From: Octopus bimaculoides
Taxonomy: Eukaryota
NCBI RefSeq assembly: GCF_001194135.2
Contig: NC_068984.1
Location: 143,165,687-143,198,567 of the forward strand
Reading direction: 5' to 3'
Length of the DNA stretch: 32,881 nucleotides
Shown: piece by piece, positions 9,817 through 19,474 of the stretch
How positions within the stretch are numbered: the stretch's first letter is position 1
Layout: each line of letters begins with the position of its first letter
The notes under the pieces: generated by a model
The model's database searches: none
Seen by the model: only the letters and a program-made list of their open reading frames with translations
What the model was told of the DNA's origin: nothing
Position numbers and translations under genes: made by a program

Positions 9817-10005
9817 GGGCGGTGAGCCGGCAGAATCTTTAGCACGCCGGGCGAAATGCTTAGCGGCATTTCGTCTGTCTTAACGTTCTGAGTCGATTAA
9901 ATAAGTACTAGTTACGCAATGGGGTCGATGTAATCGACTTAATCCCTTTATCCGTCGTTGTTTGCCCCCTCTATGTTTAGTCCCCTGTGGGCAACAAAGA
10001 AATAA
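9817..10005 (+). mobile_element. SINE family B copy with internal deletion (B box lost) and alternative 3' tail
   Basis: GGCGGTGAGCCGGCAGAATC..CGAAATGCTTAGCGGCATTTCG..GTTCTGAG|TCGATTAAATAAGTAC..GGGGTCGATGTAATCGACTT, then tail ..TTTGCCCCCTCTATGTTTAGTCCCCTGTGGGCAACAAAGAAATA. Confidence 0.88.
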
Positions 10006-11384
10006 ATATAACAGCGATTTTATTAGAAACATTATTACTGCGTCTAACAAAGAGAAAAATATAACATTAAGAAATATCGTAATGGACGAGAATTTCTTGA
10101 TCCAGTCACATATTCCATCCAACACTGAACAGTGCAAAGTATAAAGAATATACAAACTGCATATTTAGTGTCGTTAAAAGGAAATAAGAAAAGATATATT
10201 TTTTATAGGATTTTGAGGAACACAAAAATCCCAACAAAAGATATCAATCGACGTTTGTTGGGGCTCGGATTTGGGTGGGTGGAAAAGGGGTGCATTAATG
10301 TTTTAATATATCGTAACTTGATATTGCTTAGAAATGCAGATTTATAGTTGTTTAAAATAGGTATCAAACGAAATGGCGAAGAGAATATCTTGCTCTGCAA
10401 CCGAACAAAGTCAGGTTATTTTAGCAAGGATGAAAATGGCAGGACGAATTGTGATCGCTATAGAATATAAATATATATCCAAGGAGACAAATCTAAGACT
10501 GTTCGTATACAGAATAATAGAGAAATGTCTTCAGAAAAAGAATAGAGTGGAAGAATCATTGGAAATAATGACATCATTTAACCCATAACAGAATATAAAG
10601 TATAACATTTTATGATCGTAATTCAACATTGCGTAATAATGCAGTGCTAAACATTCGGAAGAGACATCAAAAGACTTTCGAAAGAGAATATGTTGCTCAG
10701 TAGACGAACAAATGATGGAGTATTCTATTGGATCGGATAAAAAGGGTGCGGAATTGTGAAAGGTGTGAAAATTATACCCGAAGAAACAAATATAAAATCG
10801 TTGCTATATAGCGTAATGTAGAGAGAAATATGATCAGAACTGGATGTAAATGAATGTTAGTGAAGAAATATTGTACCTTTTATAGGGAAACCTGAGATGC
10901 CATGATCGCTTTTTGAAGGACAGCAGAGAATGGATGGCCTGAAGAAGCAATGAATGATGCTAAGAAGAAAATATGGGCATATTTCAAAAAGAGTGCTTAT
11001 AAAGATCTGAACAGCTGCAGCGCTAAAAATGTAATAAATAATATTGTCATCATTGTCACGAGGCATGATTGTCACGTTTGGGAAGGGTTTACAGTCAGTT
11101 TATCTGACCTCAGTATTTGACGAGTAATAACATCCACGATTCGAAAATATTAAACGTTTGCAATGTAAAAGAGGACATATATTGGTTCTAAATGCTGATG
11201 GTGCTGATCAAAATATATAGAAGAGGTTAAAAATGTGACATGGTCTTTGGGGGAAAAAAATAGCCCTCTTTCTTTATCAATATCAACTTGAAGATAGAAA
11301 TAGAAAGATAGAAATAGAAAGATAGAAATTTCATAATCAAGCAAACTTAAATCAGTCAAGCTTCGGCATTGCAGAGAGTGAAGT

Positions 11385-11955
11385 TACGAGGGTGAATCAA
11401 AAAGTAATACCATTTTGTTTAGGACGAGTATAATTACCAACACAGGAACATGTATCATACATCAAAATGAAGCTGGACCTCTGTGGATTGCATTCCTACT
11501 TCTCAACATAGTCACTGTTTCTCTCAATAGCAATGTTCCACCTTCGTATGAGAGCATGTATCCCTGTCCCGTAAAATTTTGTTGACTGTTCTTTGAGCCA
11601 CTTCTTCACTACAGTTTTTCACTTCCCTCCTCACTGGAATAATGTTTGCCTCTGAAACCCTCTTTCATGGGGCCGAAGAGATGATAGTCTGAAGGCGCTA
11701 AATTATTCCAGTGACGAGGAAGTGAAAACTGTAGTGAAGTGGCTCAAAGAACAGTCAACAGAATTTTACAGGGCAGGGATACATGCTCTCATTCGAAGGT
11801 GGAACATTGCTATTGAGAGAAACAGTGACTATGTTGAGAAGTAGGGATGTGATCCACAGAGGACCAGCTTCATTTTGATGTATGATACATGTTCCTGTGT
11901 TGGTAATTATACCTGCTCTAAACAAAATGGCATTACCTTTTGATTCACCCTCGTA
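11385..11955. mobile_element. Fold-back mariner element: two inverted copies of a mariner 3' end (567 bp, 11387-11953, TA TSD)
   Basis: TA-CGAGGGTGAATCAAAA..TTTTGATTCACCCTCG-TA; arms 11387-11643 and 11702-11953 are highly similar. Minus strand encodes NLAPSDYHLFGPMKEGFRGKHYSS..KWLKEQST..; plus strand encodes YSSDEEVKTVVKWLKEQSTEFYRAGIHALIRRWNIAIERNSDYVEK*. Confidence 0.95.
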
Positions 11956-12640
11956 TTTCGTCAAGTATAGAAACGTAGCTGAAATTGGGATTGGTATGAA
12001 ATATGTAAATATATCGAAGGAGAGAAATCTTAGAGTCTGATATTGTGATTATAAATGTCTACAATTGTACGGATTGTATTTCCGATAATAACCTAGAGTG
12101 ACGTACCATCAAATTGAAAAATAATTGTTAAGTAAATAATATTTACCAGCATTAAATGGCAAACCAGAAGTATGTATCCAGTGAGATCAAAATACATTGT
12201 CAGTCATTGCTAGTAATATTATTTCTAGTTTTAATGCTGGTAGGGATACAAATCTGAATACGTTTGGGTATTATTCTGCCCGCATCAGCAAAGTCGACAA
12301 AACATCATTATATTTGGACAGCTTTATTACGAGTGAAATATATTTATAAGTATTTTTTGCAATTCCAGTAACTATGTTGAGACTTTCTTTGAGACATTAT
12401 ATTGTATGTGACAAAGAACACCATGAAGGATTGTAAGGATTGATCCCAAATCCTTTCAGATATAGTCTAAGCTGCAGCAATGAGTATGTGTATCGAGCTT
12501 GTCATTCTGCTGTACAATAGACCTCTTCGATTGAATCTCACTTGAAGGTGATGAGATGACAAGAATTATATCAGCCATGGTCACTGCAGAAAAGCAAAAA
12601 CGTGTGCATGCTCATATTGTTAAAATATTTTCATTGTAAA

Positions 12641-12802
12641 ATCGATTACATGGACCCCAGTATTCAGCTGGTACTTAATCTATCGCTCCTAAAAGTATGA
12701 AAGGTGAAGTCAAACCCGGCAGAATTTGTACGCAGAACGTAAGGACGGACGAAATGCCGCTAAGCATTTCGCCCCGAGTGCCAACGGTTCAGCCAGTTCA
12801 CC
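12641..12802 (-). mobile_element. SINE family B copy (3'-truncated)
   Basis: ATCGATTACATGGACCCCAG..CTGGTACTTAA..ATGAAAGG..GCAGAACGTAAGGACGGACGAAATGCCGCTAAGCATTTCG..GCCAGTTCACC. Confidence 0.85.
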
Positions 12803-12823
12803 ATGTTAGTGAATAACAAATAA

Positions 12824-13036
12824 TCTTTTCTACTCTAGGCACAAGGCCCGAAATTTTGGGGGAGGGAGTCAGTCGAATAGATCGACCCCACTACGCAACT
12901 AGAACTTAATTTATCGACCTCCGAAAGGATGAAAGGCAAAGTTGACCTCAGCGGAATTTGAACTCAGAACGTAACGGCAGACGAAATAGCGATAAGCATT
13001 TCGCCCGGCGTGCTAACGTTTCTGCCCGCTCACCGC
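12824..13036 (-). mobile_element. SINE family B copy (full length)
   Basis: TCTTTTCTACTCTAGGCACAAGGCCCGAAATTTTGGGGGAGGG..GATCGACCCC..GGAATTTGAACTCAGAACGT..TTCTGCCCGCTCACCGC. Confidence 0.9.
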
Positions 13037-13356
13037 GTTCACCTTTTTTAATATTACAAAATAATGCCACAAGGATTGCCGCAACAACTACGATAAAGTT
13101 ATGACATCATAAACATAAAGCAGTTTAACAACAACAACACTAGTAGGAACATTAAAAAACATATACAAACGACTCAGTTAAAAGTAAACATTGGAAAACC
13201 GCAACAACAAGCGCAACAATAACAAACATGAAAAGCGACGACAAAAACAACAACAGCAATATCAGACAGCAAACTGTGAAAGAGCGATAAGGAATATTAT
13301 AAAACAAGAAAAATGAAATATGGCGGCCAAATAGATGAATGATGAATAAGGGATAT

Positions 13357-13590
13357 GGTTGTTGTTGCTGTTGTTGTGGTAGCTGTTGTTGTTGTTGCTG
13401 TATTAGTGGTGGTAGCCATGGTGGAGGCGATGTTGGTGTTGGGTTAATGTTGATGAAAGGGGCAATGTTGGTGGTGGAGGGGATGTTGGTGGTGGTGGTG
13501 GTGGTGGCGGTGATCGTATTGGTAACGATGATGGTGATGGCGATGGTGATGGCGATGGTAGCGTTTGGTGGTGGTGGTCGTCGTGAGGTC
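13357..13590. repeat. Degenerate (GTT)n/(GGT)n/(GAT)n trinucleotide tract
   Basis: Direct sequence. Confidence 0.9.
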
Positions 13591-13628
13591 GATTTGTAAA
13601 GACTTAATGCTATAGAGGGATATTAATG

Positions 13629-13667
<39 letters not shown>

Positions 13668-13933
13668 CAGAGAGGGAGGGAGAGAGAGAGACAGACAGAC
13701 AGACGGACAGACGGACAGACGGACAGACNNNNNNNNNNNNNNNNNNNNNNNNNNNNNNNNNNNNNNNNNNNNNNNNNNNNNNNNNNNNNNNNNNNNNNNN
13801 NNNNNNNNNNNNNNNNNNNNNNNNNNNNNNNNNNNNNNNNNNNNNNNNNNNNNNNNNNNNNNNNNNNNNNNNNTTGTGTGTATGTTGCACATAAATTGTA
13901 GCATATATTCTATGGAGGACACAAAGGTGATGG

Positions 13934-14119
13934 GATTGGAGTGTTTCAATAAGGATGGTGGTGGCGCTGGTGGCGGCGGCGGCGGTGGTGGTGGTGGTGG
14001 TGGTGCCGGTGGCGGTGGAGGTGGTGGTGGTGGTGGAGGTGCTGGTGTTTTTGGTGAAGTTACACCGGTTGATGTAGTGACTGTAATATCGTCGCTAACG
14101 GTTGAAATGTTGATTTGTG
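13934..14119 (-). other. (GGN)n tract readable as a poly-proline (FH1-like) exon candidate on the minus strand
   Basis: Open frame ..QINISTVSDDITVTTSTGVTSPKTPA(P)~11A(P)~12APPPSLLKHSNPITF, preceded by CTAAC branch-like motif, pyrimidine tract and CAG at 14122-14120. No convincing donor. Confidence 0.22.
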
Positions 14120-14420
14120 CTGATGGCGGTGGAGATGGATGAAGGCGATATAAATGGAGTTAGTGGAAGAAATGTTTCTGATACTCGTGGTTGTTGTGGA
14201 AGCAAAAAAAAGGGCTGGTGGCACTGGCAGTGGTGGCAGTATATCAGGGGTAATGATCTTGATGGAGTTGGTGGTTTGTGAGGGGGAAGGTGTTTGCGGC
14301 GCCATTTCTCTTGTGGTATTTTCAATCTTTTATATATTGTCGCTACGAGTAACTTCGATGTCATTATGATTATATTTACAAATATTCACGCATACATAGA
14401 TTTTTTTAAAAAAGGGTAAA

Positions 14421-14626
14421 GATTCTTCCCGAGTCATTTAGACTCATAAGGTCCAGTTTGCTGGTTTCCGAGGCATATATATTAACCCGCAGGGAGTAGC
14501 TGTATGGATTGGAGCAATGTGAAATAAAGAGTTTTACTCAACAACAAAGTACATCGTTCTTTCCAGAAAACGAAACCACAATCATACAATCACGAGTCGA
14601 ATACCTTAACCACTCAGCCACGCGTC
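14421..14626 (-). mobile_element. SINE family C copy with a different 3' tail
   Basis: Minus strand GACGCGTGGCTGAGTGGTTAAGGTATTCGACTCGTGATT..CTTTATTTCACATTGCTCCA.. matches the 6412 copy in head and body, then diverges (..CCTCGGAAACCAGCAAACTGGACCTTATGAGTC). Confidence 0.7.
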
Positions 14627-14904
14627 TTTACACATATTTACATACGTACATACAAACATACACACGCACACACATGCACATTTACTACGTATTAGCCTAA
14701 TGGCTAATAGCAATTACTTATATACAATGCCGAGGATTAAAAAGAGGAGGAGAAGGTAGAGATATCCATTTACAGACACCCTTTGTCTGGTGGTCTTGTA
14801 TTCACTTTCTAGATAAATCAATGAATCGTTCTGTAATACATAACTTTAAAATCCATGGATAATACGGTCATTTTATCCGTAAAAAAAATCTAGTAAAGAT
14901 AGTT

Positions 14905-15100
14905 TGCCAACATAACATGGCAGTCCTGGTTTAGGACTAATGTTGGTGTAATTTAGCCCCAGGAGACATCGTCTCCAGCTGGCTATACGACACGATCTGT
15001 GTCCTTATATTTTCGAACAAGGGAATCTAGCACCCCCACTCAGCTCAAAACAATATCTGTGTATCGCGATTTCTGGGTTATTTCTCTTCATCAGCATATA
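14905..15100 (-). mobile_element. Interspersed-repeat relic carrying a degenerate hammerhead core (probable Penelope-like pLTR)
   Basis: Minus strand G-CTGATGA(15094-15088)..GAAA(15073-15070)-TCGCGAT-A; ATCGCGAT is a perfect palindrome as in PLE minimal hammerheads. Stems I and II are decayed. Element boundaries are approximate. Confidence 0.45.
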
Positions 15101-15415
15101 ATAATTGTTCGGCTAGAGGTGGCGCTGCCAAATTCCCGTTTGAAATATATAGTTTAAAATAAGGGATATGGCGGCTTTCAGGAACACATTATTAACAGAA
15201 TTTCGCCATGCAGATCGAGGGGATTCTGCAAGAGAAGCATTCGTGGAGCGAAACTGCGCAAACTATCGTTTGCATGTGCGGACACTTAAAATTTCATTTT
15301 CATACATCGAACGATTTTTTTTCCGCCTCTATTGCTGAACCGGCAAAAAATATACAATATGTACTGTCTGATCTAATCTAATTTTAAAATGGTAAAATCG
15401 ATAAAAATTTAACAT

Positions 15416-15817
15416 AGGCGCAGGAGTTGCTGTGTGGTAAGTAGCATGATTACCAACTACATGGTTCCGGGTTCAGTTTCGCCGCGAGGCACTTTGAGCA
15501 AGTGTCTTCTAATATAGCCTCGGGCCGACCAAAGCCTTGTTAGTAAATTTGGTAGACGGAAACTGAAAGAAGCCCGTCGTATATATGTAGATGTATATAT
15601 ATGTGTGTTTGTGTGTCTGTGTCCGCCCCCCCCCCCCAACATCGCATGTCAACCGATGCTGGTGTGTTTACGTCCCCGTAACTTAGCGGTTCGGCAAAAG
15701 GGACTGATAGAATAAGTACTAGGCATACAAAGAATAAGCCCTGGGGTCGATTTGCTCGACTAAAGGCGGTGCCCCAGCATGGCCGCAGTAAAATGACTGA
15801 AACAAGTAAAAGAGTAA
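15416..15817 (+). mobile_element. tRNA-headed SINE family A copy (full length, internal TA/TG microsatellite; CORE-like segment)
   Basis: AGGCGCAGGAGTTGCTGTGTGGTAAG..GGTTCAGTTTC (A/B boxes), GGCACTTTGAGCAAGTGTCTTC (CORE-like), (TA/TG)n linker, CCGATGCTGGTGTGTTTACGTCCCCGTAAC..GGGGTCGATTTGCTCGACT..ATGACTGAAACAAGTAAAAGAGTAA. Matches copies at 26011, 26573 and 22051. Confidence 0.9.
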
Positions 15818-16818
15818 CTAAAACATAGAGAAACCAACAAAGAAACAGTTTATGGTTTATCTTACATCCGTTTTGAAATAGTACCCTCAGCTGTGATCAT
15901 GTTAAAACACCAAAGGGCATTCTGTCCCAAGTAATATTGCATATGATATAATTTTATCCATGAACTTTCCACATGATTATTTCCTTATTGTTTTCCTATA
16001 CTTGCCAATAACTGTTAGATATTTAGGCACGAAATTTCACGAACGAAAAAACTCGATTATGAGATAAGAGGTGTGAGGGAGTGTATATGTGCATGTATGT
16101 ATATTCATATATATGAATTCGCATACATAACAGAAAGTGGGAGATACTTTCGGATACTTGCTGCTAGATGAACAGCAATAAATGGTAAACAATGTATGGC
16201 ATCAGATAAAAGTTTAAAATGTAATACATTCAAACAAACATAAATACATACATACATGCGTACATACAAATATATNNNNNNNNNNNNNNNNNNNNNNNNN
16301 NNNNNNNNNNNNNNNNNNNNNNNNNNNNNNNNNNNNNNNNNNNNNNNNNNNNNNNNNNNNNNNNNNNNNNNNNNNNNNNNNNNNNNNNNNNNNNNNNNNN
16401 NNNNNNNNNNNNNNNNNNNNNNNNNNNNNNNNNNNNNNNNNNNNNNNNNNNNNNNNNNNNNNNNNNNNNNNNNNNNNNNNNNNNNNNNNNNNNNNNNNNN
16501 NNNNNNNNNNNNNNNNNNNNNNNNNNNNNNNNNNNNNNNNNNNNNNNNNNNNNNNNNNNNNNNNNNNNNNNNNNNNNNNNNNNNNNNNNNNNNNNNNNNN
16601 NNNNNNNNNNNNNNNNNNNNNNNNNNNNNNNNNNNNNNNNNNNNNNNNNNNNNNNNNNNNNNNNNNNNNNNNNNNNNNNNNNNNNNNNNNNNNNNNNNNN
16701 NNNNNNNNNNNNNNNNNNNNNNNNNNNNNNNNNNNNNNNNNNNNNNNNNNNNNNNNNNNNNNNNNNNNNNNNNNNNNNNNNNNNNNNNNNNNNNNNNNNN
16801 NNNNNNNNNNNNNNNNNN

Positions 16819-16860
<42 letters not shown>

Positions 16861-17046
16861 GTACACACACGCACACACATATGTATATATATGTATCAAC
16901 GTATATATACATATGCACACACGCACTTATATATGCAATTAGATATGCATACACATATACCCCTAGATTATACACATATTGATGTATGCATAGTTGCATA
17001 AATATGCATGCATTGTCGCTAAAAGATTTAGAAATGCCCAAATATA

Positions 17047-17098
<52 letters not shown>

Positions 17099-17900
17099 AC
17101 ACACGCGCGTATCGTAAGGATGTGCGTATGTTCACGTATGTGGTTAAGAATGTATGTGTGCCTGTGTGCGTTTTACAATATGTCTCCTGGCAGAATTCAG
17201 AAGAACAATATATATTCAATTTATTCGATTCTCCAACTGATTGAGTTGGTGATTTAATTTTGATGCCTGTTGGGCATTTTCCCTGGAGGTGGGCACTAAA
17301 TATAAATAAGAAGGAATTAAAGGTCTATCAATGTGAGAGGTGTGGTAGGTCGAACGAAAACGAGGCAAAAATGGACGCCATATATATACATATTCATACA
17401 TGCATATATATATGTGTGTATGTAACTTTAATTTTCTCGTCGTTGTTGTCGTAGTTGTTGTTGTTTCCAGTCGCTACAGCTATGATTGGTGTTATTATTG
17501 TTGCTGTTGTTGTACTTAATGCTGTTAATATATGCCGTGCTCTGTGTGTACGTGGTGTTTTAAGGTCGCAAATGTTGCATCATTAATTCAAGTAATAAAT
17601 CGTCCGTGTAGAATTCCAATAAAATATTCAGTAGTCCAATACACTTTAGTGAATTCCGGGGCATTTCATGTAGAATCAACTACTGGCAACACGGCTGAAA
17701 CTATTCTATAAATAGACACATATATATACATCATATACATACACACACGTTTGTATGTATATGTTTGAATATGTAAACACACACACATACATACACACAC
17801 ACATTTTTATATATGTCTATACATGTATAGGCATGTTTCCATTAAATATCTACACGTATATGAAAAATATAAGTATATATACATACATACGCATTTTTAG

Positions 17901-17939
<39 letters not shown>

Positions 17940-18595
17940 CGTGTGTGTGTGTTTGTGTGTGTGTATATATACATATATATATATATTTATATATATATAN
18001 NNNNNNNNNNNNNNNNNNNNNNNNNNNNNNNNNNNNNNNNNNNNNNNNNNNNNNNNNNNNNNNNNNNNNNNNNNNNNNNNNNNNNNNNNNNNNNNNNNNN
18101 NNNNNNNNNNNNNNNNNNNNNNNNNNNNNNNNNNNNNNNNNNNNNNNNNNNNNNNNNNNNNNNNNNNNNNNNNNNNNNNNNNNNNNNNNNNNNNNNNNNN
18201 NNNNNNNNNNNNNNNNNNNNNNNNNNNNNNNNNNNNNNNNNNNNNNNNNNNNNNNNNNNNNNNNNNNNNNNNNNNNNNNNNNNNNNNNNNNNNNNNNNNN
18301 NNNNNNNNNNNNNNNNNNNNNNNNNNNNNNNNNNNNNNNNNNNNNNNNNNNNNNNNNNNNNNNNNNNNNNNNNNNNNNNNNNNNNNNNNNNNNNNNNNNN
18401 NNNNNNNNNNNNNNNNNNNNNNNNNNNNNNNNNNNNNNNNNNNNNNNNNNNNNNNNNNNNNNNNNNNNNNNNNNNNNNNNNNNNNNNNNNNNNNNNNNNN
18501 NNNNNNNNNNNNNNNNNNNNNNNNNNNNNNNNNNNNNNNNNNNNNNNNNNNNTATATATATAACATCAAAATAAGCATCAAAGAATCCAGATGTA

Positions 18596-18684
18596 ATACA
18601 GTACGATCGTTTCGTGCAACTCCATTTAATTGAACAATGCAATCATTACATAAATTTAAAATGCAGAGCAATCCTCAGCTGCAC
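18596..18684 (-). ncRNA. Type I hammerhead ribozyme-like motif (Penelope-type, palindromic stem III)
   Basis: Minus strand GTGCAG-CTGAGGA(18678-18672)-58 nt stem II/loop-C-GAAA(18613-18610)-CGATCGT-A-CTGTAT. Stem I is 6 bp (4 WC + 2 GU), ACGATCGT is a perfect palindrome, the cleavage triplet is GUA. Only G10.1 deviates (U). Confidence 0.65.
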
Positions 18685-18799
18685 AAAGAAATAGAATTTA
18701 ATTAAATTAAAACAGATGGACACATTCGTATAATTATACCTAAATTTTCTAAGAAGTTAAGGTGATAGACAAAGAACATGTCGCCTCTACTACAGCATA

Positions 18800-19022
18800 C
18801 ATACACCAACATAGATTGCATATCAGACTTTGACCACCAAGAGCTGCAGGTAAGTTTTGATCTTTGTCGATCTTCAAATGTCTTTTGCGGTCTCCGTTAG
18901 ATTTACAGACCTTCTGGCATACATTGCATTGAAAGGTGTGCACAGACATATAGGCAAAATAGTTGGTGGAGGTTCGTTTTCTCTAGGTTCGCAAATGAGA
19001 TTTGAACCCAGCAAAAGTAGGT
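18800..19022 (-). pseudogene. Degenerate tandem C2H2 zinc-finger relic (probably LINE C-terminus)
   Basis: One frame: ..TFAGFKSHLRT*RKRT..HTFQCNVCQKVCKSNGDRKRHLKID..LICNLC... Three decayed fingers, in-frame TAG, non-TGEKP linkers, interrupted upstream by (TG)n. Confidence 0.6.
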
Positions 19023-19432
19023 TGTGTGTATGTACATATGTATGTGTGTGTGTGTGTGTGTGTATGTGTGTGTGTGTGTGTGTGTCTAGGATTTGATGGA
19101 TAAATTGTTGCCATATAGAGGCCTAGCGAATCATGTATGTACCCACATTACATCATTTTCATCCACTAATTACTCCAGCGTACGGGAGTTATAGAGATAG
19201 AATGGGGCATGCCAACGCTAGGCCGAAACAGCTGTAAGATTTTGTCCCTTCTCCAAATGCTAAATGCCCTTTAAATTTGAAATCTTAATTGTTGATATGA
19301 CATGGTGTGTCGTAAGTGTCTGTACATTGTGTTCTTTGCCAATTTAGTTATAAAATAAACAGATTAATCAACGGAATACAGCAGTGTCTGCAAGTTGATG
19401 AGTACCTCATATTCCCCTCCATTTTCTTATTG

Positions 19433-19474
<42 letters not shown>

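Noticed and set aside
10005-11000. Purine-rich segment with short ORFs, possibly an old LINE
   Set aside because: No recognisable RT or endonuclease motif.
17260-17400. YQCERCGRS zinc-finger-like word
   Set aside because: No properly spaced His pair or hydrophobic core; it runs into a TA/CA repeat.
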